Notes under the pieces: generated by a model
Told to the model about the DNA's origin: nothing
The model's database searches: none
The model's input: only the letters and a program-made list of their open reading frames with translations
Program-made: the position numbers and the translations under genes
Shown: in pieces, positions 35,680 through 50,767 of the stretch
Numbering within the stretch: position 1 is the first letter of the stretch
Layout: every line of letters starts with the position of its first letter
Assembly (NCBI RefSeq): GCF_009914755.1
Contig: NC_060933.1
Origin: the human T2T-CHM13v2.0 reference genome, Homo sapiens
Strand: one strand, 5' to 3'
Length of the DNA: 64,000 bases

Positions 35680-35985
35680 TCTTTTTTTCATTTTTTTACT
35701 GAGTGTTGGAGTTTTGCTCTGTCACCCAGGTTGAAGTACAATGGCATAGGCATAGTTCACTGCAGCCTTGAATTTCTGGGCTCCAGTGATCCTCCCACCT
35801 CAGGTCCCAAGTAGCTGGGACTACAGGCACAGGCCACTACACCTGGCTAATTTTTAAACTTTTTTTTTAGAGATGAAGGGTCTTGCTGTGTTGCCCAGGC
35901 TGGTCTAGAAATCCTGGCCTCAAGTGATCTGCCTGGCTTGACCTCAGGAGTTGTCAGGATTACAGGCATGAGCTACGTCATCCAG
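35680..35985 (-). mobile_element. AluJ
   Basis: Diverged reverse dimer. Confidence 0.88.
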
Positions 35986-36104
35986 TTTTTTTATTATTAA
36001 AATAACTTGCATATTTATGTTGTACAGCCTATTTCATTGCTGGGTAGTTTTCTCTTTGTTCCCCCTTTAAAGAATTTTTTTAATCTAAAAATATAGTTTA
36101 CTGC

Positions 36105-36268
36105 TGATATGGTTTGCCTTTGTGCCTCCACCCAAATCTCATCTCAAATTATAATCCCACATGGAGGGAGGGACCTGGTGGGAGGTGACTGGATCATAGG
36201 GGTGGCTCCCCCCATGCTGTTCTCAGGATACTGAGTTCTTGCAAGATCTGATGCTTTAAAAGTGGCAA
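36105..36268 (+). mobile_element. MST/THE1-type MaLR LTR 5' fragment
   Basis: TGATATGGTTTG...CACCCAAATCTCATCT...GGGAGGTGACTGGATCAT. Confidence 0.8.
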
Positions 36269-37711
36269 ATGCAAATTCCTTTGGGGAAAAACACTTCAAC
36301 CCAGGCCTTAAGAAATCCAAAGTGCGATTTCTCATGAACAATCCCCAATAAACACTCAAAGTCAACAGCACAGAGAAACAAGGAATCATGAACAAGAACC
36401 AAGAAAAGCAAGAGAAAGCAGAAAATGACCTGCAAAGACTTGAGATGTCAGAATTATCAGAAATAATATGCTCAGTATTTTCAAATAAAAGACTATCGGT
36501 CAGAAGAAACTATCCAGAGTGCAGCATGGCGAGAAAGATAGCAAGAGAAGTGGTTGAGATATATGAAAGCTACCATGAGAAGTTCTAAAATATATTTGAT
36601 TGCATTTCCAGAAGAAACAGAGAAAAAGAATGAGGCAGAGGAAGTATGTGAAGAAATAATGGCTATTGTTACATATTTTAATGCTAAACCTATGATTGGT
36701 GAGAGGGGATCCCCCCGCAAAGCTGAGAATTTTTCACAACTGATAAGGTCAATTCATAGACTTAAGAAGCCTAACAAACTGTGCACAGTATTAAAAAGAG
36801 AACTCCACACCTAGATGTAATATTAGACCTGATAAAACTACAAGGTAAAAATCTTAAAAAAACAGAATACCTTCAGAGGAGCAACATTTTAAAAAGCTGA
36901 ATTCTCAACAGCAAAGACGGAAACTAGAGGCCACTGGGTGTGATATATTCTAAGTGTTGAAAGCTACCTGCCACCTTAGTATTTTATACTGAGTGTTGCA
37001 TTGGAACTAAAGTTATCAGTATGAACTTACGATTTTGTCTGTATGTTTGTGTGTATGTATGTGTGTGTGTTTAGTTTTTCTTAAGGCCCTCCTTTGATGA
37101 TTTTTACATACACGCATATACATGATTTTTACAGACGGACATATACATATATTTCCTACCCTGTTTGCCAAAAAGGCCTAGACAAAATACCACTTCGGTG
37201 GTAGGAACTAGATTTTCCATTTCTACAAACCATTCCCCATTAAAAGGAACTAGGAATCCTTGGAAATAATGGCTGGTCAGACAAAGTACAAGATGGGCTT
37301 GGAATATCTGGTTGTTTCACAAAGGAGGTACCAAACAGTGACAGGGATATGTCGAAAGAACAGGAACTAGCTTAAAGGGGGTTGCCAAACCACTTGCCAA
37401 ATCTGTGACAGGCGGATTTAAACCATTTACACCTGTAAGGCTCTAAAAGTTCTGGTTAAGAGAGAAAGATTGTTTGACTGGATAGTAAAAATGTACTGTA
37501 GGCTGTTTGTAAGAGACACACCTAAAACATAAAGATTGCCACAAAAAGGCTGAAAAATCTAAAAAGTTAGGCATAAAGATTTAAGAGACAGAAAAAGATA
37601 CAAGAAACAGTTATTAATTTTAAAATAAGCTCATATAGTGATATTGACATGCCCACTCCAAGAAATGTGACTTGCATCTGTGCAAAACATCTGGAATTCA
37701 AACCTTGGTAA

Positions 37712-38012
37712 GTTTTTTTTTCTTTTTTTTTTTCCAGAGGGAGTCTCGCTCTGTCGCCAGGCTGGAGTGAAGTGGCACAATCTCAGATCACTGCAACCTC
37801 TGCCTCCCAAGTTCAAGCAATTCTCCTGCCTCAGCCTCCCGAGTAGCTGTGACTACAGGTGTGCGCCACCACACTCAGCTAATTTTTGTATTTTTAGTAG
37901 AGACGGGGTTTCACCATGTTGGCCAGGATGGTCTCAATTTCTTGACCTCGTGATCCGCCTGCCTCACCTCCCAAAGTGCTGGGATTACAGGTGTGAGCCA
38001 CCATGCCCGGCC
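37712..38012 (-). mobile_element. AluSc-like
   Basis: TSD AAACCTTGGTA. Confidence 0.95.
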
Positions 38013-38552
38013 AAACCTTGGTACGTTTTATAGGCAGGGTAGGGGTTGGAGATGGCTTGGGCTGACGTTCACTGCTTGAGCATTTTCCAAAGTTTTTAAT
38101 TAATCCCCTTCTTTTCTGCCCTACATTTCGCCCCCATTCTATATGAGGACACGCTTTCCTAAATCCTGCTCCTTTCCTATTTACTTTTTCTAGAGAATTA
38201 AACTTATGGTCTCTCACCTGAGCATGGAGTGGAAATGGGCATATAAGGTAGGCATCTTGATTATAGAGGAGTCAACTGTTCAATATATACAGATTTTCAA
38301 GTTAGGTTTTTCCATACAGCACCTCGTTTTCCAGAGTTATTCGGGTAAGGTGGCTCTCACATGTGTTTTTCTTCGCAAAACTTACCTATCTACCCCAACT
38401 TCTAAAAACTGGCACATTATTTTGTCCCCCAGTAACATGCCTGCCATTCTTTGTCCATGTGTTTTATATCTTTTTATATTTTTACTACTACTATAATGAG
38501 GAAAGGGCTGTATGTGTTCAGTCATCTATCTTTTAAAGGGAATCTCGTTTTA

Positions 38553-38885
<333 letters not shown>

Positions 38886-39624
38886 CTAAAATCTGATAAG
38901 ACCTATCTTTCAGTACACTTTACAAAGATCTCCTTTGGTACTTTTACCAGATGTAGTTACATTTTAATTCTTCAGATGTAGTTAGATTCATTTTATTAAT
39001 TCTTCCAGATGTAGCTAAATGCCTGCCCTCCACTACCTGACTCCCAAATTTATCAGTGGATACATACACACACACTTTCTTTTTAGAAGAAATTATAAAT
39101 AAATGTGTTTAAGGAGTGCTGGTCAGGATGAAAAACTGAAAAAGGGAATTCACAGGCATTCTTTTGTTCTTTGCCAAAATCATAGCCTTACCCAAAGGAC
39201 ATATGCATAATAGTTCCCTTAAAAGGCTTACTAGCTTTCCTTAAACTGGGTAGTGTTAAAGAGTCCATCAAATCCTCCTTAATTAAAGCATTTGTAAATT
39301 AATGATCCCCACCAAATCTGATTTCATGCAGTTTGGGCAACATTTTCATATATAATTTTACCTCCAATGTCATTTGTTCCAGAATGGCTGGCCATTACAT
39401 TTCCCATTATATATGAATATATTGATGTTCTAGTCTACCTAAGCAGGGTTAGGGTAAAATCATCCCCAAGAGGTTGATCTCTCAGTTTACAGGGTAAATT
39501 AAGCCTCCAGGTCTATATAATTAAAGCCAAAACCATAAGAATGTTATGAATTTACCAATATAGATGGCACTTCATCATCTCTTCGAGACATCTTAGTATG
39601 TTCCCTTTTTCAAATTTTGAAACA

Positions 39625-41270
39625 ATACATTCATACATACATGTAACAGTCATTAATACCCATTGTTTGCCAGGCTTTGTACCAGGTTGACTAGGAAGCA
39701 TTAGATCTTTGCCCTTATGGAGCTTAGAGACTAGCAGTGGAAACAAAAGCATATGGGTGCTAATACCAAACTGAAGTATATGTTACAGCAGAGTCTCTTA
39801 GAACATAAGAAATACAGAATACTTAACCCAACCCGAAAGGATCACCTGAGCTAAGTGTTTAAGAACACATAAGGACTAACCAAGGGAAAACAGAAGAGAA
39901 AGAAAGGGCTAAGTCAAAGGACTGGCACTTGAGGTCAGAGAAGGGGTGGTAAAAAATAATCCTGAAGGTAAAAAACATAATCCTGAAGAGTTTAGGTTTT
40001 CCAGAAAGCTAGAATTTCATGCAGGGAGTCTTACAGGAACAGATTTGCATGTTAGGAAGGTCACTGATGATTATGTGGAGAAATGAAAAGGGCCGAAGAC
40101 AACTTGAAGGCAGGGGCGTCCTTAAGGAAATTACTACAGTAATCCTAATGCTAATCCAGGCAAGAAACCATGAAATTGGAGCAATGGTTCTCAACTGGGG
40201 ATGACTCTGCCAACACCCTCCACCCCCGGAGGGCAACATTTTTCAATATCTAAAGACATTTTGGTTGTCAAAACTGGGAGGTACTACTGGAGTCTTAGAG
40301 GCCAGGAAGGCTGTTAACCATCCTACACTATACAGGTCAGACCCCCACTTCCCTCACCACTCCCACTGAAGAATGATCCAGCCCAAATGTCAAAACCACA
40401 ATCGAGAAACCCTGGAATAGAAGGATATTCAAGAGCGATTAAGTAGCTTTAGGAGATACAACTTTTAGACTGACTAGAGACAAACAGCGAGGAAAAAGAG
40501 AGGTCCTATTGACTGTTTGTGTCCCCCTGCCTCCAAATTCACATGTTGAAGCCCTAATCCCCAGTGTGGCTGTATTTGAAAGTAGGACTTCTAAGGAAGT
40601 AATTAAGGTAAATGAGGTCGTAAGGGTGGGGTCCTCATCCAATAGGATTAGTGTCCTTATAAGAAGAGACACACCAAAGAGCTCACTCATGCTCTCATTC
40701 ACTCCTTCTCCCTCTATGCACAACCAAAGAAAGGCTATGTGAATACACAGCAAGAGGGTAACCCCTGCAAATCAAAGGAAGAGCCCTCACTAGACACCAA
40801 CCTGGTGAGCACCTGGAATTCCAGTCATCAGAACTGTGAGAAAATAAACTTGTTATTTAAGCCACCCAATCTGTGGTATTGTTATGGTAGCCTGAGTGAC
40901 CTAATAAAAGGGGTAACGAAAGGCTCCCAGTATTTTTCTTCAGGGTAACCTGAGTAGATGATTAATAGAAAAGATATTGGGAGGCATGGAATCATTTTCT
41001 GTTTTGTTTTGGCTTTTTTTTGAGATGGGGTCTCAGGGCATGTTGCCCAGGCTGGTCTTGAGACACAAGGATTTTGAAGTATCTGTGGTACACCCAAGTT
41101 GGACATACTGGCTTGGAGCACAAGAGAGATGTTTGGACCAGAGATACAGATTGGGAATCCAAAGAGTAGGAAAAGCCATGAGATTAGGTAGGAGGAATAT
41201 GGAGTCAAAAATGAGTACATGGCATAAAAAATGAAAAACACAGATTAGATGCCCAGAACACAGTAACATT
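39625..41270 (-). mobile_element. L2 fragment interrupted by MER20 (~40182-40415), an MLT1 LTR (~40505-40905) and an Alu fragment (~41000-41062)
   Basis: L2 reverse tail CATTCAT...TGCCAGG; MER20 ends CAATGGTTCTCAAC / GAGAAACCCTG; MLT1 AAATTCACATGTTGAAGCCCTAATCCCC...TTTAAGCCACCC. Confidence 0.7.
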
Positions 41271-43020
41271 TAAAAGAAAGCTGATTCTGAGACTTTTTTT
41301 TTTACATTCTTTAACTTATACATGCAAAAGATGTGTAAGTTAATACTTTATAAAGTACTAACCTTCCAAATAACTATTTTTAAGGACTGTGTTTCTCCAT
41401 TATTACAATTTTCAAAATTGTTTTGAGACTCCATAATGGAATTAGCTCTCCTAATTGACTTCCTGTTAACCAACATGCTCCATTACTTCTGATGCCCATG
41501 ACAGATCATAAGTCACACTATAGTACATCTACTCTTATCAAACAGTATACTTATCAGGAGCCAACTTTATGTGCTTCAGGTAGTTACAATTATTGTATTA
41601 TATAACTTAATAAAATATTCATAAACCAATAAAACAAATGTTAAAAAAAAAGCTGTTTCTATGAAAGTCACATGCTCTGGAAATACATAAAACCTTACCA
41701 TAACTCAGTAATGGGGGTCAAAAAATTTAATTATGTAAACACAGGGTCATGTTAATGCTAACTTACAAATTAACTGAGGGTAATCAAGAAATTGGCTCTG
41801 GGCTTCAAGCCTGTCTTTGCCACATGTAAGCTACAGGACTGTTCTGCTAGTTATTTAACCCAAGACTCTAAGTCTCTTCAACTATAACATAGTGCCATTT
41901 CAATATAGGGCTGCTTTGAGATTCCACAAGGTATTTATAAGGGACCAACACAGTACCTAACCCACAGTAAGCAAATACCCAGTAGGTAATATCTTTCCAT
42001 TTTTCCTTGGGAAAAATTTCCCAAGGTAACTACTTTTAAAGAAGACTTACAGTTTGGGATATTTATTTTATTATGATTGCATTGTACAGCTGCTTTCATC
42101 TGGTCCTAAGGAATTCTTAAGAGAAGTTTGCAAAAGACTTACTACTACCTCCAGGGCTTAGTCCCAAATGGCAAAATTTCTGGTAAATTAAAATTAAAAA
42201 GAGAGTAGGTGTCAGAAATCAGTCACAAAACTAGACCCACCCGGAAGGCCAAGGGCTCAAGACCATGTACGTTATGTCCTTTTATGTAGTATAATAATCC
42301 TTATCTTGAAAACCTTTATGTTCTAGTCATGATGTCTTTCTGAACACAGATTATATATCTCACGAAAGAATACATGTATATCTACCTGAATATTATCATT
42401 ATACCCCCTTTATTTTAAAAAGGAGTAAAATGGCAATTTCCTTTAGATTCTGGACTGGAGGGACCATGTTATAGTCAACATTTAATTTCTAACATCGAGT
42501 AGTAAGTAGAATGCAGTAAAAAAAAATTTTGCATAAAAAAAATTGTGTTTCTATTCTTTCTTAAACTCAAGGTAATCACAGAAGTTATCACACCTACACC
42601 CTTCCCAGTATATGGATGTACTAGGGAGGAAGATTCCATGGAAGAGGTAAAATCTCCCCGCATGCTTCATTATAGAAAGAAAAAGAGAACACTCTCTTCC
42701 TAACAGAACGGACCACTGTCTCAGCATGTGGGATGGTGATAATGAGGGAATGATTACCTACCATCAGATCAACAATTAGTATACACTGAAATTACAATGA
42801 CTGTGAGACTGACCTAAGTGTGAATATACAACTTCTGAGCTTCCACTGCCTTTGGAGGGATCACCACCAGGATGCAGTCTAAAGGAAACTGTAGTGGTTT
42901 TAAAACATTTACAACGTAATTCTAATGTTCATGCACATTTGAGACTGTGAAGTTAAATGTAATACAGCTGTAAGTACTCAGATTAATATACAAAATTTTA
43001 GTAAATACTAAAAAACTTAC

Positions 43021-43134
43021 CTAGATTTATCCAAATTCCACCTGGCTTGAGTATTTTCCATATTGTATCAATATAATCAATTACATTGTGAGCTGTGTCT
43101 ATGAAGAAACAGGTAGCAATACAGTCCCAGGTAT
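43021..43134 (-). CDS. CARNMT1: CARNMT1 coding exon (probably exon 6), 114 nt
   Basis: ttttcttcattAG acceptor; (N)[37 protein letters not shown](G); donor G|GTAAGT. Carries the TCFFIDTA and LKPGG methyltransferase motifs. Confidence 0.97.
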
Positions 43135-43974
43135 CTAATGAAGAAAAATCAAATTACTGCATCTGTTATGTTATTTTGCTTTTTTCTTTTAATTAATTAT
43201 TTAAATCTGCCAGTTACCTTTTACAGAGTATTAATATTTGACAGAGATACAGAAGCTAAACTTCTGATCAACATTATAATTACAGTAACCAAACAGTCAT
43301 TTATGGGAAATACTGATATCAATAATCTGATTAAGTAATCAATTTGGAAATCATCCCCAATAACACTAATATTATAATCTAATCTCTACATATTATTACC
43401 AAATGGTATTTGTTAGAGTTTTGTTTATCCTCTATTCAACTTCTAGCCTTCATTTAAAATCACTTAAAACAAAATAATAGTCATTCAAATTTAAACTAGT
43501 GTTAACCACCAATTCTGGCAGGTTTCAGAAAGACTGCAGGCACCAGTTGCCAACTGAGAAATGAATGACATCCAAATACTTCAACATCTACCACAACTTC
43601 GAATAATTACCAGGGAAAAAGGGGAGCCAGGGGCAGGCAGAAGCAGTGGGTGGGAACCCAGTAAAGAACACCGTTTGCCTCTAGGAGGTATGGTGTCTAT
43701 ACAAATGCTGGTGCAATAAAGGCACTTGATCCCATGGAGGACTACCTTCATCATCTGTTCTCTCAAACCTTGCTCCAGAAAAAGGGGACTTTTACTTGCC
43801 TAAGTGATGTTTTCCATTATTTCATTCCTTATCCACAACACCTAACATCTTCCATCTCTCCCTTTCTTCCTTCAGAGTACAGGTTGTCCCAGTCTCAGAG
43901 TTCAGAGAAAAATAAACAAAAACTTTCTATGTTGTAAAATAAATAAATAAATAAAAACAATCTATGTTGTTGCT

Positions 43975-44512
43975 ATCCCTGCTTTAAGCCCTCCAATGGC
44001 TTCCTGTTTCTCTGAGTACAATTCCAAGTCCTTGCTATGGCCTGCCAACAAGTTTGCCTCATCAAACCCTCTCGAGGCTGACCTCTCACCACTGTACCCA
44101 TTGCTTACTACAGCCTAGCTCCTCCTTGAGCAGAGCAAGCACTCACTCTACTCCCTGATCCTCTTCCCTTGCCATTCCCCATCTGCAAAATTTTGCCTTC
44201 AAATATCTCAGTGGTTTGTCTGTGTACTCTTTCAAGGTTCTCTACTAGACATTTTTTTTTTTTAGTTTCTACTCTTAGAAAGGCTTTCCCTGACAACTCT
44301 ATATAAAGCAGCAGCCTCTCCCCAGTCACTCTGTAACCCGTCTTCCCTGCCTTATTTTTTCTTCCTTACAATATTGTATTTGTTATTGCCTCACTTTCTC
44401 TATTGGAAGTTCTCTGTGGACAGGGATTTTGTTTTGTTCACTGTTCTCTTTTGACACCTAGAAAAATACCTAGTACTTAGTAGGTGCTCAACAAATACCT
44501 ATTGACTCAATG
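43975..44512 (+). mobile_element. L2 3' end
   Basis: CCCTCCAATGGCTTCC...AGTAGGTGCTCAACAAATACCTATTGA. Confidence 0.75.
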
Positions 44513-45171
44513 ATCTTGCTGAACCCTCGGTATTCTATTTTGCTTTCCTTTTAGTGCCAATCTCCCTCTCCACTTTCCCTATTACCATCTCCCTTTCTCT
44601 CCTGCCTAGCTCAGATTTCTTCAACAGTTTGCCAGGCTGAAGTCAACTGTGCAGCCTGACTATACAAGTCCTCCATGATCTGGAACAAATTCACTTTTCT
44701 AGCAATAGCTCCTATTAAATCTCATTAAATCTCCCATTAAATCTTTTCTTTCCCTGCCAGTACAGCTGTGCTGCCATCCCCAATCACCTTGTTCATATCT
44801 TTGTACTTCTGTCTGCCTCAAATGCTATTCTCTCAACCTTCAAGTCATAGCCTCACTATGAACAGCTTCCTTCTTACACTAATAACTTTTCATTTTTTTG
44901 GTATTCATTACTCATTTAACCTTTGTTTACATGGTATCTCTTAGTATTAATGGGCCCAACAGATTCTAAATTTCTTGACTGTAGATATCTTACACTTCTT
45001 ATTTCCTATCACTGCCTTGTACACGACCTTGAAAACATTCTAAATTGACACTGACATATGCCTTATGTTCTACCATCAAAATGAATGATCTAAACCTTGG
45101 CTTAGGATAAAACTAGCTCATTAAATTTAGAATAAAGGACAAGACTTTTTAAACGCTTGATTTGGACTTAC

Positions 45172-45350
45172 TGCATTCTGAATAAATCTCTTGAAAATCT
45201 CCTGCTGTCATAGAAAAGTTAGAACCAGGAGGAAGACTGTGGGGGTCAACATCAGGGAAAAAGATGGGTCGAATCTGATCAGCTGATCTCCGGTTATTGC
45301 TAAACTGATGGATCCAAGGATAAAGTTTATATTTATTAATTTCAGAACAT
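45172..45350 (-). CDS. CARNMT1: CARNMT1 coding exon (probably exon 5), 179 nt
   Basis: ttttgcAG acceptor; (R)[59 protein letters not shown](N); donor GTAAGT. Phases match both neighbours. Confidence 0.96.
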
Positions 45351-46303
45351 CTGCAAAATATGAGTATAAAATCAGGTGTTAACTAAATATTTTACCAAGA
45401 AAATCCACTTTAAATACTAAAAATATACTGTTTAATTGAAGATTTGCATATATAATTAATATTTAAAGAGTCACTATTACAGCTTCCCTAATTATCTGAA
45501 AATGTACATATACATGTAGATGAGCAACCAATCAATGGATTAAAGACAGAAAAAAAAAGTAAATTCAGAGATATAAATGTGCTGTTCATTCAGATTTTTA
45601 AAAATGTATTTCTAAACTTCAAAACCAAGTAATAACAGTCCAACGAGGTTTTTTAAAATGGTACTGGTTTCAACTAAAACAGTTTGCTATTTTTTGTATA
45701 ACCCTCTTCTTTTTTCCCTTTTTCACCAATCCCCTAAAACTCATACTGCCATCCGAGACAACATATTATTTAAACAAGGCAGCTACTCAATGTACATCTT
45801 CTGGCTTTAAAAATAACAATTGTTTTCCACTGCCTTCCAAAAGAGGCCACAGAAGTTCTGAGAGATCTTTCCAACTCAGTCATGAGAGCATACTTGGCCA
45901 TTTTATAAGAACTTGATTAAGGAGAAAAAGTTATAATTGCTAAACTAAACTCTTATTTAACTAAAGAAACAAGGAAGTAAAGAAGCTTAAGGAATAAATT
46001 TAGAAATACTCCTTCCTGGTTCATACTTAGTCCTGAAGATTTTGTACAGAAATCATTTCATGGAATGCCCAGTCACTTTCTATAAAGTCACTTACCCATC
46101 TTGTTTCAACACTCTAATAACTAGGCAATTGGTTCAAGTGATAATTTGTGTAAGTACTTTGATTTTAACATAAGACACATTTGTGATATATATAATAATC
46201 AAATGCTATGTACTTATCTTCAAATTCAAAATTGTTCAAGAAAATAGGTAAGTCAATCTGATTCTGAGAAATTACTATTTCCAGCAAAAAATAAATTAAA
46301 TAC

Positions 46304-46444
46304 CTGTTGAGTACAAAGTTGGAAGAAAAGAGCATAAAAAAACTCCATTCATTTCCTTGACAAGCATAACCTAGCATAGCTATTTCCCAGGCCAGTCTTC
46401 CTAGTCCAGCACCAGGTACCAGAATATTTACTTTAGAAGGATCC
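46304..46444 (-). CDS. CARNMT1: CARNMT1 coding exon (probably exon 4), 141 nt; SAM-binding motif I
   Basis: tttcatttcAG acceptor; (W)[46 protein letters not shown](R); donor AG|[16 protein letters not shown] is the glycine-rich SAM-binding loop. Confidence 0.97.
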
Positions 46445-49316
46445 CTGAAATGAAATAAGGCAATTATGTCCAACCCCTCAAAGAAAAAAAGGAAAAGACA
46501 AAATCCACATTAACAACTAAAAACTTACTCATTTACTCAATAAGAATAAGCTAAGACTCTGACTTCTCACAATCAAGAAATACTTCTAAATATCAAAAAT
46601 AAAAGGTATAAGGAATTATTATGTATGTTCCGATATCAGATGAGGGTTTTAGCCCTCAAAAATTATTTTTCAGAAAAAAGGAGTCCCCTTACATCTGAAG
46701 ACTTATAAAGTCACTCATATTCCTAATAGCTGTCACCCTGAACAACTATCTTAGAAAGACAAATTATTCCAAAGGGATCCCAATTAAATATGAAGAGTTT
46801 GAACAAAAGTACTTCATCATATGGGACAATAAATACAACATAACTTTATTTCTAAATTTTATATGTAACTCAATTGTTTATGTTAGATTAAACAGATATA
46901 GAGTTTAATGTGTCAGGTATATCTCTAAATCCCTATATATTTTAGTTGACAGAAGAATTTGGGGGAGGGGATATTTTCATGGGGAAAATGGGAAACGGCC
47001 CTCTAATTAAACATACATGATAACAAATATATTACACCAAACCAGAGGTTCACAACCAAACTGATCTCTACCTACTAGCACCACACTGCCATTACATATT
47101 TCCTTCACGTAAGATCCATCATTCCACTTTCAAACCACTAAAAGTTTTACCAAAACAAGGCTTTTTCTCAGGAATTTTGGCAAATCAATATAATCCCGAG
47201 GAAACTAAAATTGCAGTCTTATAAGAAGCCAAAGGAAAATGTATACAATCAGCTAATATCATGTCAGGAAGTAAAAAGAAACTTCACTACTGTATTTCCT
47301 AAATTTGGTTCACAAATCAAATCCAATTTCCAAATCTACTCCTACTAATGATTTTTTTATCTTTAACTATGTGGCCTTTAAGTTTGGCATGCTCCAAGCA
47401 GCAACAGGGCACTTTACTAGTAGCCCATATAACCTTTGCATGTCCCACTTCAAAATAAGAAAGAACACTATGGGGCTTTTGAAAACTCATAGCTCTAGGA
47501 CTCTGTGCTATTCCTTATATAAGGGAACTGCCATGATGGCATCCTACTCAGACCTAACGCTCTCTCATTTCTCACTCCCTACCAGACCCACCGAAACCCC
47601 TACTCTGGAGAATTACCTTTCTTTTCTCAGTTCCCATCTGTCCAATCATAACATGCATTTCTACCCTTACCCCAGCAAGTGGCTGTTCTCAGTTTAGAAT
47701 TTTTTTTTTAATTATCTGATCAAACTCATGCAACAGAAAGCAAAAGGATTTGGAAGTAAATTCATATAGTATTTAAATCTTTATATAAAAATAACCAGCA
47801 ATCAATTTCCAAATGGCTGATGACCCCAGTAAAATATTACCATGCAGGAGTTAGAAATTATGCTACCCTGAAGGGAAAGCTGTGACATAATGTTAACAAC
47901 AATTATTTTGCTAACTTACAGAAAGTTAACTTAATGACTGCTTTTATCAAATTCTCCTTAACTAAACAGAACCATAGAACTCTCCACCTCAACCTAATGG
48001 CAGAAAATATATTAACAGTACCTTGTATTAAAACTGCTATTGAAAGGCTACCCATCAAGTCACAGAATGAAGAATATATCAAAGTCCTATCTTAAGAGTT
48101 AACAGACACTAATATAGATGTAAATTACTGGCATTATGACAAAGAGGAAGTGGACATGTAAGAAATGCATTAAAACAAACCCTCTAGAACTGAAAAAATG
48201 ATCAGGAACTATGCAATGAATGGGTAAGATGGAGAAAATTTTTCCCTAAATCTTTGTTCTTAGCTAGATTTTCTTCATTTGGTCTTTACACAAGGGATAT
48301 TAACAGCATAATGAAAAGTTCCTCTAACTGTGATGTGCATGAAACTAACGCACTCTAAGTGGGAATTTCTGCTATGAATCCGTATGAAGTCTAGGGCATT
48401 TCTATGAGGTCATTTCTGTGGAGAAAAAGAAACACAAATCTAATACAGACCTTAATGGTGAGACAACCTTAAACCAGGCTGAATTTTTTTTTTAAAGCCA
48501 GAATAGAAAGGCATACAATATGTGGCTCAGTAATCAAATGGTGCCTACTTGAGATTCTTAGTGAAAACAAGCAAGCCAACAAGTTTACCTAGTTAATAAG
48601 GCCCAAATGTGGAGAAGCAGTAGTACATTTACTACAATGTGACCTCCCTAATAACAGGAGGAAAAGTTTCAACAGTTTATTCAAGACAAACAGGAACGGA
48701 GAAGGGATACATCTGTAAGGACAGAGTCCATGTGTCTAAAGAGGCCATAGATCACACTTCCATCAACCTTTCTGCTCCAGCTTTTTCACCAGCAGTAAAC
48801 ATTACTCTTGACAGAGGTTTCCTTTGTTACACACAGAACGATCTTTGCACTGCAGTTGTAAATTTTAAAACTCCAACACAAAATGCTGTCTTGTTGGGTC
48901 ATTATGACACTTGGCTGACCCCTAGTGGTAGAAGTAAATACAACTTTTAAGTACCTACAGTGGTTCTCTTTGAATCATAGTACAGTACAGTAAAAGCCAC
49001 TAACTACATGTGGCTACTGAACACTTAAAATGTGGCTATTGCAAATTGAGACGTGCTGTAAGTGTAAAATGAACACCAAATTTAAAGACAGTACAAAAAG
49101 GAATGAAAAACATCTCATTAATAATCTTTTATTACATTGAAATTTTCAAAATAAAAATAAAATTGCTTCTTTTAAAAAATATGGCTGCCCTGAGCACACT
49201 GCCTGTGGCATAGCCCTGCTCTGCAGAGGCAGTCAAAAAAAATTTTTTTTTAATATGAAAAAGAGATCTAAAGCAAATATGGCAAAATGTCAAGGTTTAA
49301 CAGAGCTAGTATTGAA

Positions 49317-49639
<323 letters not shown>

Positions 49640-49934
49640 TGACTATAAATCAGGAGTGTTTAGCATCTCCTAACTTACCTCTTCATCAACTCCCAACAAA
49701 GAACTCTTTATTTCAGCCAGACAACTTCTCACTGATCCCAGAAGACTTTCTTTAGAGCTCTTACCCACAGAAACTCAATTACCTTATTATTATAAATTAT
49801 CACTTCATCTATATTTCCTAAATATCCCAGGCAAAGTTCCCTGAACTCTCTTCTCTATGCTTTCAATAATTCATTCACAGTTCTATTATAGTTTACATAC
49901 CAAGGTTCTTCACTTCGCGTCATTCACTTAACAC

Positions 49935-50140
49935 AGGTACAGCAACTATGGCTTGCAGGCCAGTCACCTGTCATTGTAAATGAAGTTTTACTAAAACGCA
50001 GCCATACTCACTCATCTAAGAATTGTTTATGGCTGCATTCCTGCAACAAGGCGCTAAGCAGTCTCAACAGAGACGACATTGCCGGCAAAGCCTAAAACAT
50101 TTACTGTTTGGCACTTCAAGAAAACATTTGCCAACCCCTG
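49935..50140. mobile_element. MER58A
   Basis: CAGCAACTATGGC...TTTGCCAACCCCTG. Confidence 0.75.
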
Positions 50141-50410
50141 ATCTAATACAATACCCCTGAATCTCCTTCACAGCAGTACACAGAGCTTCCTTAACTCACT
50201 GCATGACTGTAACATAATTTATCAAAATCTCCTAATTAAGGATATTTATATTGTTTCCAATCTTTCACTATCATAATGTTAAAACGAATACCCTTAGCAT
50301 GAATAACTTTTTATTTTGAAAAATTTTACTTCCCACACTACACTAATGTAGTGGCATAAATAACTTTCACATGCAGAAATATATATGTAGAACAGCTTCC
50401 CTTAAATTGA

Positions 50411-50767
<357 letters not shown>

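Noticed and set aside
38948-39020. CRISPR-like repeat-spacer pattern
   Set aside because: Eukaryotic intron; the spacers are similar to each other, there are only three short units, and no cas genes are present.
46165-46473. 102-aa ORF as a standalone gene
   Set aside because: Only 46444-46304 is the CARNMT1 exon; the rest is intron read-through beyond the splice sites.
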